From Nanobdellati archaeon (lineage in GTDB: Archaea > EX4484-52 > GLR71), in NCBI GenBank assembly GCA_019429005.1, contig JAHYJR010000001.1, positions 40,663 through 104,662 on the forward strand: a stretch of DNA of 64,000 bases, written 5' to 3'. The translations under genes were made by a program, and so were the position numbers. Positions 30,694-41,594 of the stretch are shown piece after piece (the stretch's first letter is position 1; each line of letters begins with the position of its first letter). The notes beneath the pieces are model-generated. The model saw only the letters and a program-made list of their open reading frames with translations. It did no database searches and had not been told where the DNA came from.

Positions 30694-32811
30694 TTATGAT
30701 AAATTATAAGACCTATAACGATCCCTTAATTCTGCAAGTTTGCCTTTATTCCAATTACTTGTGGTTGACAAATATCCAGTCACTCTTGTTATACCATCAA
30801 CATTTACAGAACTACAAGATTGACAACGGTCAATAAGACCGCGTACTACTTTATGACAACTCTTACAAAATGTAAACTCTGGCGAAAAAGCAATCTGTGT
30901 ATTTTGTGTATTTGTAAATGTCTTCTTTACAAAACTGCCAAGTGCAGAGGGATCTGGTCTTGAATCTCCAAGCCATACATGAGTCAGTGCACCTGCATCA
31001 ATAAGTGGATGAAACATACCTTCTTGTGTAACTCTCTTTATCGGGGACATAGGAACACCAACATTAAGATATGTTGAATTTGTATAATACATCTCAGACG
31101 TTGTAAAATCACCTTTCACAACTTTTGCAACTTCATTAGGATATCTTTCACGATCAAGATGTGCAAGACGATATGCAGTTGATTCGGCGGGTGTCTGCTC
31201 AAGAGCAAAATGAAGTCCTGTCTTTTCAGAAAGTTCACGCTGTTTCTTACCCATATGTACAATAACCTTAAGACCAAATTTAATAGCTTTATTAGATTCA
31301 TGCAATTCTTCACCAAGATGAAACTGTACAAGTTCATTAAGTCCAAGCATACCCATCAAAAAAGACGCCCTTTCAAATCTATAATAAGGTTCACCATCAA
31401 GATCCATTGTAAGAATTGGAAGCGAACCTGCCGAACCTTGTGCTAATATTTTACGTATAAATTCTTTTTTCTCTATATGTGCTTGAGCCGCAAGTTCTAA
31501 ACTCTCATCAATATATTCAAATAATTTACTATCATCGCCCTTTGCAGCATAAGCTGCTCTTGGAAGATTTATTGTTACATTTTGCATTGCAGAATATCTC
31601 ATTTTCCATGGCTGTTTAGCATCTAACAAATCATTCTCATTAAGCTTAAATTGTAATCTACAACATTCACTAATTTTTGCTTCGTCACCACGATCAAAAA
31701 TAAAATAAGTATTCCCCATTTTTGAACCCACTTCACACGCAAGATCCATCATTTCCTCATGACCTTCAGTTTTGAAAAATTTATCAGTCACATGGAAATC
31801 CGGTTTTGGAAAAAAGAAAGGTCTTCCATAATTATCCCCTTTAAGATAAACTTCAAAAGCAGCTTTCATAAATGCTTGAGATTCACCAAGATACTCAGAA
31901 TAATTATTACCTGTATATTTACCACCTGGACCTATTGCTGGAACATCGCTAAAATGCTTTGGTATCTCCCAATAATAATTTGTATCTGTAAATGTAACCT
32001 GCCCCCCCCTTGATACTGCTTGCTGTGCAAACTCATAAATCATCATCTGTGCTAATTGTTTGATTCTAGATTCATCAAGACCAACAAGGAATGGTGCCAT
32101 AAATACGTTGACTGCATCCCACCCAATTGCACCTGCAAAATGTCCTTGTAACGCTGCAGCAAACTTCGTAAGATGTAATATTAAAACTTCGGGATGCTTA
32201 GCTGGACCCGCAACAGCATAATTACCACGCCCATCCATAACAAGACCAAACTTCTTCAAATACTCTACGGATTGACCAGAACAATAAGGCCTATCAATAA
32301 AATCAAGATCATGAAGATGTATCCTACCATTCTGATATGCTTTTCCAACATCCTCTGAAAAAACATTAAGAAGTGCATATTCTTTTTTAGCATGCCCTGC
32401 TAATGTCAAATTTATCGCTTCAGAATTATGATGAACATTAGAATTTTCTTTATTACTTAAAAAAAATAAATTTGTCATATCATATAAAGGCATACCCAAC
32501 CTTGTATGTAACTTACGATAATGTTCATACCCATGTTCAATTAATTTAGAATTAACTATTTCTCTAATAAGTGGTGCTGATATAAATTTAGCACCTGAAT
32601 TTTTAATAAATTTTTCTGCTTCAATTGCAATTACTTGAGCTTGATGTTTTGGCATACCCGTTTCCCGATTAAGTGCTTCTGTAATCTTTTCTTTATTCCA
32701 ATTTAAGATATCGTCACCACTTGTCCTTACAAAAAGAATATTGTCGGTAGTGTCACCAGAGCTTCCATTATTATTATTATTATTATTGTTATTTTTATTT
32801 TTGTTTACCAT
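30694..32811 (-). CDS. nrdD: Class III (anaerobic) ribonucleoside-triphosphate reductase with ATP cone
   Basis: ATP-cone (IREIVNSKL), IHLHDL, YC, ISECCRL, TINLPR, TPAES, YYTNS, CxxC...CxxC, glycyl radical loop TRVTGYL, WNKGK.AE..DR. Confidence 0.97.
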   Translation of the reverse strand: MVNKNKNNNNNNNNNGSSGDTTDNILFVRTSGDDILNWNKEKITEALNRETGMPKHQAQVIAIEAEKFIKNSGAKFISAPLIREIVNSKLIEHGYEHYRKLHTRLGMPLYDMTNLFFLSNKENSNVHHNSEAINLTLAGHAKKEYALLNVFSEDVGKAYQNGRIHLHDLDFIDRPYCSGQSVEYLKKFGLVMDGRGNYAVAGPAKHPEVLILHLTKFAAALQGHFAGAIGWDAVNVFMAPFLVGLDESRIKQLAQMMIYEFAQQAVSRGGQVTFTDTNYYWEIPKHFSDVPAIGPGGKYTGNNYSEYLGESQAFMKAAFEVYLKGDNYGRPFFFPKPDFHVTDKFFKTEGHEEMMDLACEVGSKMGNTYFIFDRGDEAKISECCRLQFKLNENDLLDAKQPWKMRYSAMQNVTINLPRAAYAAKGDDSKLFEYIDESLELAAQAHIEKKEFIRKILAQGSAGSLPILTMDLDGEPYYRFERASFLMGMLGLNELVQFHLGEELHESNKAIKFGLKVIVHMGKKQRELSEKTGLHFALEQTPAESTAYRLAHLDRERYPNEVAKVVKGDFTTSEMYYTNSTYLNVGVPMSPIKRVTQEGMFHPLIDAGALTHVWLGDSRPDPSALGSFVKKTFTNTQNTQIAFSPEFTFCKSCHKVVRGLIDRCQSCSSVNVDGITRVTGYLSTTSNWNKGKLAELRDRYRSYNLS

Positions 32812-33164
32812 CAAACCACCTTGAAAAAGAATAAGCATAATTATACAGAAACATTAAAAAGTCTGTTTGTTTAAACGCAATTATAAAACAGTAGTATATC
32901 CAACACATACTATTAATTAACAGTCACTGAAACACAATAAGATCATTATTTATAAACAAATTAAAAAAAATTATTTATTTTTTAAAAAAACTATTTTTGA
33001 AAATATTTTAAAAAGAATTCAATAAGAACTTTTCAAAAAATACAACAATCTATAAACAAAATAAAATTAAAACCAAAATACATATATACGCCTAAAAACT
33101 AATACAATTTAGAACAAAGCTAAAACAGCCAATACAATCAACAAAAAATAAAGAGGGAGTTTAC

Positions 33165-33539
33165 ATGGTAAGAAAAACAATTAAAAACAATATTAAAAAA
33201 CAACATGCAGATATGATTGGAAGCACAAGTTTTATACTTGGTGTACTTATTGCAATTATCGCGGGTTTACCATTAGGTAATGTTATACCGTCTGATGCAG
33301 CAGCAATAATCCTTGTTGTATTCGGTTTAATTGTAGGAACACTAAATATAAATGATTCTGAAATCACAAAATTTTTGATAGCATCAATGGCATTCATCGT
33401 TGTTGGAACATCCCCAATAACATTATTGCCAATAATTGGTCCAACAATAGGACAAATTTTGATATATATCACATATTTTGTTGCACCTGCAACATTAATT
33501 GTTGCTCTTGAAGCAATACATGAAGTAGTAAGGTCTTAA
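33165..33539 (+). CDS. Small 4-TM membrane protein
   Basis: FILGVLIAIIAG, GLIVGTLNI...E..KFLIAS, FVAPATLIVAL; GAGGGAG SD. Confidence 0.8.
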   Translation: MVRKTIKNNIKKQHADMIGSTSFILGVLIAIIAGLPLGNVIPSDAAAIILVVFGLIVGTLNINDSEITKFLIASMAFIVVGTSPITLLPIIGPTIGQILIYITYFVAPATLIVALEAIHEVVRS

Positions 33540-33562
33540 AGACCTTACATTTTTTATTTTTT
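33528..33562 (+). terminator. Hairpin plus T-tract terminator between convergent genes
   Basis: GTAAGGTC-ttaaa-GACCTTAC perfect 8-bp stem followed by ATTTTTTATTTTTT. Confidence 0.6.
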
Positions 33563-33593
33563 AAAAAAAACTAAAAACAAATTAAAACAAAAA

Positions 33594-33983
33594 TTAATTC
33601 TCAAAAAACCAAATATCATCTGAAATTATTTCGAAAACACTATTATAGATATCAACACTGCCACTAATACACACAATATCAGAAGTGTCTAAAAATAATG
33701 AAACTTCTTTTGATTTTGCAATATCTTTGAAAAAAACAACAAGAATTTTATTACTTATATTATTTATATCTGAAAAAACCGCAAAAAAATGACCATCTTT
33801 AGTTAAACTATAAGAATCAACAAAACCACAAACAGATACAAAATCACCAATAAAATCATAATCAATATCTTGTATTTCAACAAGATCTGGTTTAAATGAA
33901 GAAGAAATAAAAACGAAAATAATACCAAATGAAAAAACAAGTAGACTTAAAAAAATAACATCTTTATCTTCTAATTTATACAT
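33594..33983 (-). CDS. Membrane-anchored OB-fold protein
   Basis: N-terminal TM, then IGDFVSVCG.V...GH.F...D...VVFF...G.V.IY...EII pattern. Confidence 0.72.
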   Translation of the reverse strand: MYKLEDKDVIFLSLLVFSFGIIFVFISSSFKPDLVEIQDIDYDFIGDFVSVCGFVDSYSLTKDGHFFAVFSDINNISNKILVVFFKDIAKSKEVSLFLDTSDIVCISGSVDIYNSVFEIISDDIWFFEN

Positions 33984-34542
33984 AAGAATCACTTAAAAAA
34001 GAAAAACGGTTCTTTATAGAATATACTATACCAAGCGGTGTAAGTGTGCTATCTTTAAGTAAAACCTCATTCAATTTAAAGGGTTTTGATACAAAAGTAT
34101 TATAATCAGATAATGCTGTTTCTAACTTTTTAACATCACAAGATTTTTTAAAACGACCCAATGTTACATGAGGAATAAAACGAATTTCATGTGTAAATCC
34201 AAATTTTTCAAGAACAGTGCCTATAGTATTATAAATTTCTAAAAGTTTTTTATTCTCTTTTACACCAACCCATAAAACTCGCGCATCTTCAACATTAGGA
34301 AAAACGCCAACATTTTCAAGATCTAATTCTAAATCCATATATCTTTCTAATTTTGGAGTTAAAACAGAATTAATCTTTTGAATAAGGTGTTCATCTACAT
34401 TTCCAAGATATTTGAGAGTAATATGCATATTATCCGATTTTATATAATTAAAATTATCTAATCTTTCAGCCAAATCAACTTGCATATTTACAAGCCCTCT
34501 TCTAATAGCATAAGGTATATCAAAACAGAAGAAACATCTCAT
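33976..34542 (-). CDS. thpR: RNA 2',3'-cyclic phosphodiesterase (2H family)
   Basis: HITLKYLG and FIPHVTLGR motifs, GVFP..ARVLWVG, STLTP.G..Y. Confidence 0.93.
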   Translation of the reverse strand: MRCFFCFDIPYAIRRGLVNMQVDLAERLDNFNYIKSDNMHITLKYLGNVDEHLIQKINSVLTPKLERYMDLELDLENVGVFPNVEDARVLWVGVKENKKLLEIYNTIGTVLEKFGFTHEIRFIPHVTLGRFKKSCDVKKLETALSDYNTFVSKPFKLNEVLLKDSTLTPLGIVYSIKNRFSFLSDSYV

Positions 34543-34633
34543 AATAAGATATATCTATACATAGATTTATATTTATTCGTCATATAGAATATTAATATAA
34601 CACTTAAATTCACATGAAACACACGTGAACCTT

Positions 34634-35812
34634 ATGAAATCAATACAAAACTATGATTGGTATACTGAAATGGGATGGACCCGAAACCCCTTCTCTCTAG
34701 ATATATACCCTGAATTATTTGTTGGACACGAAAATGAAATAAAAACTATTAAAAATAGCATTAAAAACAATCAAAAATTCATATTAATCACAGGCCCAAC
34801 AGGTATTGGAAAAACAACATTTCTCAAATGGATTACCACACAATATGATACAGTCTATATTCCTAAACCACCAATAGATGAAAAAGAACTCGTTACGATA
34901 TTCAAAAATACTATATTAAAAAAAACAATAATTGAAAAAATCATAGCAAAACTAACAGGAGAACAAGATGTAAACATATACAATCTTGCAGAAATGATTA
35001 ACAAACATAAAAAGAATAAACAATTGATATTTATCGTTGATGAGGCACATGAAACTAGTTTACATGTACTTGAATGGTTACGAACCTTAACAGATCATAT
35101 TGAAAATTCAATACTTATATTATCAGGCCTTAGAAAACTTAAAACAGACAAATTAAACAATATCGAAACATTAGATACTAGGATTAACGTGAACGTGCAA
35201 TTAAGTACGTTAACTAAAAATGAAAGTGTAAAATTAGTTAAAAAACGTATCGAATCTGTGGGGGGTCAAAACATTAACCCATTCACACTCGACACAATCT
35301 CGGAAATATACACAATATGTGGTGGGTTTCCAAGAGAAACAATAAAAATCTGTAACAAATTAATATTAAATGCAATTAACACTAAATCTATGATAATAGA
35401 CAATATAGATGAAGAAAACGAAAACACACAAGAAGACAAAAAACAACTAACAGAACATACTGATAAGAATAATACAATACAAATGGTAAACAAAGAACAA
35501 CGTGAACAAAAAAGTGTATTGTACCATAAATATATGACAGATACAAATCAAATAACACGAAACAGTATAGATATGCTTACAAAAAAACAAAGGGATATTA
35601 TAAATATATTATCAAATAAACCAGCAACACCAACTAACATTATTAATATAATCAGCTTAAAGGAATATAAAACGAAAAATCATGCATTACGATCAATAAA
35701 TAATATATTACGACGTTTAGTCGATTCAGGATATATTACACGTGAACGTCAAGGTAAAGCCTATATATACAAATTGACCCCTAAAGTAAAAGTGTTTTTG
35801 ATAGATAATTAA
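34634..35812 (+). CDS. ExeA-like AAA+ ATPase with C-terminal winged-helix domain
   Basis: GWTRNPF, GPTGIGKTT, FIVDEAH, GGFPRE; C-terminal LTKKQRDII...ILRRLVDSGYITRERQGKAYIYKLT. Confidence 0.85.
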   Translation: MKSIQNYDWYTEMGWTRNPFSLDIYPELFVGHENEIKTIKNSIKNNQKFILITGPTGIGKTTFLKWITTQYDTVYIPKPPIDEKELVTIFKNTILKKTIIEKIIAKLTGEQDVNIYNLAEMINKHKKNKQLIFIVDEAHETSLHVLEWLRTLTDHIENSILILSGLRKLKTDKLNNIETLDTRINVNVQLSTLTKNESVKLVKKRIESVGGQNINPFTLDTISEIYTICGGFPRETIKICNKLILNAINTKSMIIDNIDEENENTQEDKKQLTEHTDKNNTIQMVNKEQREQKSVLYHKYMTDTNQITRNSIDMLTKKQRDIINILSNKPATPTNIINIISLKEYKTKNHALRSINNILRRLVDSGYITRERQGKAYIYKLTPKVKVFLIDN

Positions 35813-35860
35813 GATACAGAAATAATAGATAGTTAAAAACATAACATATAGATGTTTATT

Positions 35861-36556
35861 ATGGAATTAAACACAATAATATTAATAATTTTAACAATTT
35901 TAATGGTTGTAAGTATCTTATTTAATCAAAAATATTTTAATAAAACAGCAATAATTATCGCGTTATTATTTGGAATAATTATAACACAAACAAAGGGCTT
36001 GCGTTGGTTTTTAATATTATTCACATTCTTAATTATAAGTATACTCGCAACACATATCAATTCAAAAATAAAGGGTGTACACCATAGTTCACGTGAAACT
36101 GATAATGTATTATCAAATGGTTTAGTACCATTAATGAGTGCAATTTATTCTATTAAAAACAATGACCCTATATTTTTCTTAATATACCTTGGAAGTATAT
36201 CTGCAGCATTAGCAGACACAATTAGTTCGGAAATCGGTATGTTGTCAAAAAAAGACCCAATAATGATAACAACGCTTAAAAAAACAAAAAGTGGTGAAAA
36301 TGGAGGTATTTCTATATTAGGATTTATAGCCGCAATCACAAGTTGCACAATTTTAGCAATTATAACATACATACTATTTGATATAAATTATACAATATTT
36401 ATTGCAATAATTATCTCAGGTCTTATTGGTACGATTATTGATAGTATACTTGGAGCAACACTTGAAAATAAAAATAAAATAACAAATGGCTCTGTAAATT
36501 TCATAACAACATTATTTGGAGGTATAATACTCGTAGTAATAACATTATTACTTTAA
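35861..36556 (+). CDS. DUF92/TMEM19-family membrane protein
   Basis: R..NVLSNG, ALADTISSEIG, G.NGGIS.LG, GTIIDSILGATLE, VNFITT. Confidence 0.92.
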   Translation: MELNTIILIILTILMVVSILFNQKYFNKTAIIIALLFGIIITQTKGLRWFLILFTFLIISILATHINSKIKGVHHSSRETDNVLSNGLVPLMSAIYSIKNNDPIFFLIYLGSISAALADTISSEIGMLSKKDPIMITTLKKTKSGENGGISILGFIAAITSCTILAIITYILFDINYTIFIAIIISGLIGTIIDSILGATLENKNKITNGSVNFITTLFGGIILVVITLLL

Positions 36557-36685
36557 ACAACCAATAAAACACCAAATAAAAAGAATATTTATAAACTTTT
36601 ACGACAAATAATTATTTAAAAAAGTATAGCCTCATTTAAAAAAATAAAAAACACAAAATTACATAATCAAATTGGTGAAATAAAA

Positions 36686-36946
36686 ATGGATACATTTGTA
36701 AAAGGTAGGGAACTTATAGGAAAAACGGTTGTTTGTGAAGAAAACGGACGGAAATTTGGAATCGTTGGAGATCTTAGTTTTATAACAGACACAGGCGAAC
36801 TTTTAAATTTGTTAATTACAGAACCAACAAAACACGCATTAGAATTACAATTACAACAAGATGAAAAGGGTCGATTTTTAATCCCGTTCTCATCAGTTAA
36901 ATCAGTTAGTGATTTTGTTATAGTTACAGAAAAAGAGATATTCTAA
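36686..36946 (+). CDS. PRC-barrel domain protein
   Basis: ELIGKTVV...[30 protein letters not shown]. Confidence 0.9.
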   Translation: MDTFVKGRELIGKTVVCEENGRKFGIVGDLSFITDTGELLNLLITEPTKHALELQLQQDEKGRFLIPFSSVKSVSDFVIVTEKEIF

Positions 36947-37941
36947 TCAGAGATATCTCCTTCTTCTTTTTTTTCTTTGAAAACACGTGGTTTTCGAGCA
37001 GCCCCAACAGCATCCCCAATACCCTCTTCAGTAATAGTATATATCGCTTCACCGTCCGGAAGATATGGACTATCTACAAGTTTTGCAACCCGCAAATTCT
37101 GTTTACTTTTTCTAAGATACAGCCTAAATGTTGATGTATGACCAACAATATGTCCCCCAATAGCCTCAGTCGGATCACCAAATAACACATTAGGTCTTGA
37201 CATAACTTGATTTGTAACAAAAATTGCCGCATTATAATTATCAGATAATTTTTGAAGATCATGCATATGCCTATTTAATTTTTGTTGACGTGCAGACAAA
37301 GTACCACGACCAACATAATCAGTTCTAAATTGAGCAGTAAGCGAATCAACTATAACAAGCCGTATATCTTTTTCTTTCATAATTGATTGTGCTTTTTCAA
37401 CCAAAATCATTTGATGATCTGAATTATATGCCCTTGCAATAAAAATATTTTCCAAAATCTTTTTTGGATCTAAACCTTTAGCAATAGCCATCTGTTCAAT
37501 TCGCTCAGGCCTAAATGTGTTTTCAGTATCAATATATAACACACGACCCTTAAGACCCCCGTCTTTAACAGGCATCTGGACATTTACAGCAAGCTGATGT
37601 GCAATCTGTGTTTTGGACGAACCAAAAGCACCATAACATTCAGTTATTGCCTGTGTTTCTAGACCTCCATTCATAAGCTCATTAAGAGTTTCAGAACCAA
37701 ATGTAATTTTACCAATCAATTTTCGTTTTTCAAGAGCTTTAAGACCTGTTTCAAAACCCATATCAAGTGCATCTCGTGCTGAATTAATTATCTTTGCCGC
37801 AACACCTTCACCAATATCCGCAATAACTGCAACATCTGACGCATTTGCTGTTGCAAGACACATAAGATCTGAATACCCTGCGTCTTCTAATTTTTCTGAA
37901 GTCTTTGGACCAATACCCGGTAAATCTTTAAGCGATTTCAT
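36943..37941 (-). CDS. radA: DNA repair and recombination protein RadA
   Basis: N-terminal HhH DLPGIG, MGF polymerisation motif, [45 protein letters not shown]. Confidence 0.97.
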   Translation of the reverse strand: MKSLKDLPGIGPKTSEKLEDAGYSDLMCLATANASDVAVIADIGEGVAAKIINSARDALDMGFETGLKALEKRKLIGKITFGSETLNELMNGGLETQAITECYGAFGSSKTQIAHQLAVNVQMPVKDGGLKGRVLYIDTENTFRPERIEQMAIAKGLDPKKILENIFIARAYNSDHQMILVEKAQSIMKEKDIRLVIVDSLTAQFRTDYVGRGTLSARQQKLNRHMHDLQKLSDNYNAAIFVTNQVMSRPNVLFGDPTEAIGGHIVGHTSTFRLYLRKSKQNLRVAKLVDSPYLPDGEAIYTITEEGIGDAVGAARKPRVFKEKKEEGDISD

Positions 37942-37963
37942 AACACATAACACCCTATATATT

Positions 37964-38953
37964 TTATAATAATTTTTTTATTTCGTTTTCAATATTAAGC
38001 TCATCTACCCCTTTAACGAGTAACTCTAAAGTACCAGTAAATGAATTATTTTTTATTGTTCCATCTATAACAAATTCTTTCCCAATAATATCTAAAGAAG
38101 ATATAAATGTATCATAACCTTGAGATAATTTTGATTCTAACGTCAAAACATCTTGACCTATAATAAATTCTGCATCCGTCCCAAAAAAAGTTGTGTCAAT
38201 TACATTATAACCATCATCAACTACACACGAGATAATAACCTGTTTTTCAGGAACGATCATGCCATGAACATCACAAGAATCCCCAACAAGCTTTTTTCTG
38301 CATTCAGGACACATATCATACACTTGTGGTTTTTTATTAATCTCAAGAATAATGGCTTTGATATTTACTATATCATTTTCAGAAAAATTTGAAAGTGTTC
38401 CTTTCAAAGACGAAAAAGAATGAGATACTACTGAAGATAATAATGAATTTTGTTCAATTATTTTTTTATTTGTTGTTTTTTTTAAAACACCGCTACGACC
38501 GAGATTTACAGTCAATACACCCATATAATTCTCTTTAGAATATGCTTTTTTAATATCTACAATATCACCAACAACAACACCCTCTAATTTATCAATATCA
38601 TCATTCCATAAAGTCAACTCAATAACACCACTAATATCACCAACTTTTATAGTCTGTAAACGACCATTAAAACGTGCAGTATTAATAACTTTAACAGGAT
38701 ATAACTCAAAAACCTTTGCAGAAAAATTTAAAGAACTCATACCATCAAAAATATCCGAAATGTTTGTTGAAAGATCCATAGGTTTTATTAAATCACAACC
38801 CAATTCTCGACCAACAAGATGTATTGCGCCAATTCTAGACACAAGACCTGAAAATTCAGATTCGGTTTCCAAAACTTTTTTTAGAATTTCATCAATTTTT
38901 ATACCAGATACTTTTGATATTTGTGATAAAACTTTATCATTTTCTACATCCAT
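37964..38953 (-). CDS. Replication protein A-type ssDNA-binding protein (OB folds plus Zn finger)
   Basis: GLVS..GA...V N-terminal motif, GDISG.I.LTLW, CPECRKK...CDVHG, VVDDG; adjacent to radA. Confidence 0.85.
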   Translation of the reverse strand: MDVENDKVLSQISKVSGIKIDEILKKVLETESEFSGLVSRIGAIHLVGRELGCDLIKPMDLSTNISDIFDGMSSLNFSAKVFELYPVKVINTARFNGRLQTIKVGDISGVIELTLWNDDIDKLEGVVVGDIVDIKKAYSKENYMGVLTVNLGRSGVLKKTTNKKIIEQNSLLSSVVSHSFSSLKGTLSNFSENDIVNIKAIILEINKKPQVYDMCPECRKKLVGDSCDVHGMIVPEKQVIISCVVDDGYNVIDTTFFGTDAEFIIGQDVLTLESKLSQGYDTFISSLDIIGKEFVIDGTIKNNSFTGTLELLVKGVDELNIENEIKKLL

Positions 38954-39046
38954 AAATATGATTACAATTCAAACCTTTATAAATACTTATAATACATAAA
39001 ATACCGCTTAGGCCTATAGCTTTAAAAAAACAAAAAATGAAAAGAG

Positions 39047-41389
39047 TTAACCAAAGTAACTCAAATCATCTTCTTTACTAATTTTTGATGCTTTTACTTT
39101 TTTATCGTAATTCTCAATATCTTTAGCAGTCGCAGTTGCTTTAACCCTTTCAAAAGCTTTTTCAAAATCAACCATTTTTATCTCTTTAGCTTTAAGATTG
39201 CTTGACCTTAATGCGTTTATTGCAGCCTCCCTACAAATTGCTTCTATATCAGCACCAACATAATTCTCAGACAGTTCAACAAGCTTATTGATATCAACAT
39301 CTTTAGTAAGCGGCATTTTCTTCAAATAAATATTAAATATTGATTTTCTTGCGTCCGTATCTGGAACCGGCACATAAAGATGTCTATCAAACCGTCCAGG
39401 CCTAAGTAAACCCATATCTAATAATTCTGGTCGATTTGTTGCAGCCACAACAACAACACCCTCTAAACTTTCAAGACCATCCATCTCAGTCAAAAGCTGG
39501 TTCACCACACGATCCGCCACACCCGAATCCATGCCATGACCTCTCTTTGGTGCAATTGAATCGATTTCGTCAATAAATATTATTGATGGTGCAACTTGTT
39601 TTGCTCGCTTGAATAAATCACGTATAGCTTTTTCACTCTCACCAACATATTTATCAAAAATTTCGGGACCCTTAATTGAAATAAAATTACTCTTACTTTT
39701 TGATGCTACAGCACGAGCAAGAAGTGTCTTTCCAGTCCCAGGCAAACCATAAAGCAATATCCCTCTTGGTGGTTTTATACCCATATTCTTAAATACTTCT
39801 GGTGTTTTTAAAGGCCATTCAATCATTTCAATCAATGACTGTTTTGCATCTTTTAAACCACCCACATCATCCCACTTGACGCGGGGAATCTCAACCATAA
39901 TCTCACGCATAGCTGAAGGTTCAACAAAACGAAGTGCATTCTGAAAATCTTTCTTAATAACAGTTATCTTCTCAATTATTTTTGGATCAATCATATCATC
40001 CTTAAGATTTATATTTGGTAGATTCCGCCTAAGCGAACTCATAGCAGCCTCTTTACAAAGAGCATTCAGATCAGCCCCAACATAACCATAAGTTTCATCT
40101 GCAATTTTCTCTAAATCAACAGCATTATTTGAAACACTTTTTTGCTTATCCTCTGAAACCTCTTTTAGCTTATCTTCTGAAACACCTTTTAAAGTATCCC
40201 TTTTTGAAAGAGGCATATTCCTTGTATGTATTTGAAGAACTTCAAGTCGTCCATCTCGTGTTGGTACACCAACTTCAATCTCTCGATCAAATCTGCCACC
40301 ACGACGTAATGCAGGATCAATTGAATTTATAAGATTAGTCGCAGCAATCACAACAACTTGTCCTCTACCTTTAAGGCCATCCATTAAAGATAAAAGTTGT
40401 GCCACAACACGACGCTCAACTTCACCACTTTTTTCCCGTTTGGGTGCAAGTGCATCAATCTCATCTATAAAAATAATACTAGGTGCATTGTCTTCAGCTT
40501 CTTTAAAGATTTTTCTAACATTCTCTTCGCTTTCACCATAGAACTTACTCATAACTTCAGGTCCTGCAATTGAATAAAAACTTGCACCTGTTTCAGCGGC
40601 AACAGCTCTTGCAAGAAGTGTTTTTCCCGTTCCAGGGGGACCATATAAAAGAACACCTTTAGGTGGGTCAATACCAAGTTTTGTAAAAAGTTCAGGATGT
40701 TTAAGTGGTAATTCAATCATTTCACGAACTTTTGTAACAACCTCTTTAAGCCCACCAACATCTTCATACGTAACTGCACCAATACCCCCTTGCTCCTCAG
40801 GAAGATCAACCGGAGTACTCAATACTTTAATATCGGTCAAATCTGTAATCTTACTTATACCGGGAAAATCTGAAGAAACAACAACAAAACGAAGTTCACC
40901 AAAACCAAAACCGCCTAACATTTCATCAACATCAATACCTATAAAATCACCTAATTGTGATTTAGTACGACGTATACGATTTATTGGTACAATTATGTCA
41001 CCTTTAATAACAATACGCCCCATAAAAAGACGTTTTATATGTTCAATAGGAACTTGTGGTATATTATGTTCAGCAGGAGCAATTGTAATCTTTTTTGCTT
41101 CTTTAAGAACAAGTGGTTTTACTGTAACTTGCTCACCAATACCCGTACCTGCATTACGTCGTGTATACCCATCCATCCTGATGATATTACTAAGTCCAAC
41201 ATCTGAAGGATACGCACGAACAGCAATAGCACCTGTTAATTTTTTACCTTCAATACTAACAGGATCACCTTCACGAATATTTAATTCGCGCAATATTTTA
41301 GTATCAAACCGAACTATACCTATACCAATATCTGCTTGTGCATTTGATGGTATTTCGCCAACCCTTAATTGAACTTCTTTATCTATCAT
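39047..41389 (-). CDS. cdc48: CDC48/VCP-family AAA+ ATPase
   Basis: N-domain; two AAA modules (GPPGTGKT and [24 protein letters not shown] and RPGRFDR); C-terminal YFG. Confidence 0.97.
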   Translation of the reverse strand: MIDKEVQLRVGEIPSNAQADIGIGIVRFDTKILRELNIREGDPVSIEGKKLTGAIAVRAYPSDVGLSNIIRMDGYTRRNAGTGIGEQVTVKPLVLKEAKKITIAPAEHNIPQVPIEHIKRLFMGRIVIKGDIIVPINRIRRTKSQLGDFIGIDVDEMLGGFGFGELRFVVVSSDFPGISKITDLTDIKVLSTPVDLPEEQGGIGAVTYEDVGGLKEVVTKVREMIELPLKHPELFTKLGIDPPKGVLLYGPPGTGKTLLARAVAAETGASFYSIAGPEVMSKFYGESEENVRKIFKEAEDNAPSIIFIDEIDALAPKREKSGEVERRVVAQLLSLMDGLKGRGQVVVIAATNLINSIDPALRRGGRFDREIEVGVPTRDGRLEVLQIHTRNMPLSKRDTLKGVSEDKLKEVSEDKQKSVSNNAVDLEKIADETYGYVGADLNALCKEAAMSSLRRNLPNINLKDDMIDPKIIEKITVIKKDFQNALRFVEPSAMREIMVEIPRVKWDDVGGLKDAKQSLIEMIEWPLKTPEVFKNMGIKPPRGILLYGLPGTGKTLLARAVASKSKSNFISIKGPEIFDKYVGESEKAIRDLFKRAKQVAPSIIFIDEIDSIAPKRGHGMDSGVADRVVNQLLTEMDGLESLEGVVVVAATNRPELLDMGLLRPGRFDRHLYVPVPDTDARKSIFNIYLKKMPLTKDVDINKLVELSENYVGADIEAICREAAINALRSSNLKAKEIKMVDFEKAFERVKATATAKDIENYDKKVKASKISKEDDLSYFG

Positions 41390-41594
41390 AAAATACCACG
41401 TATTAAATATAATTAATTACATAATTTTTAAAATAATTTTTAATATAAAACACTTAATTTTTAATGTTAAATATTAATTCAAACTAGTATATCTATTTTT
41501 ATTCGCCAATATATAAAAATATTGTTTATTGAAACAAAAACAGAACCGGATATAAAAAATAAATTATATATGGATAGATATACAAAAGTATATA

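Noticed and set aside
32889-32913. Inverted repeat AGTAGTAT...ATACTATT upstream of nrdD as an NrdR-type operator
   Set aside because: Imperfect, AT-rich, single copy and a poor match to the NrdR box
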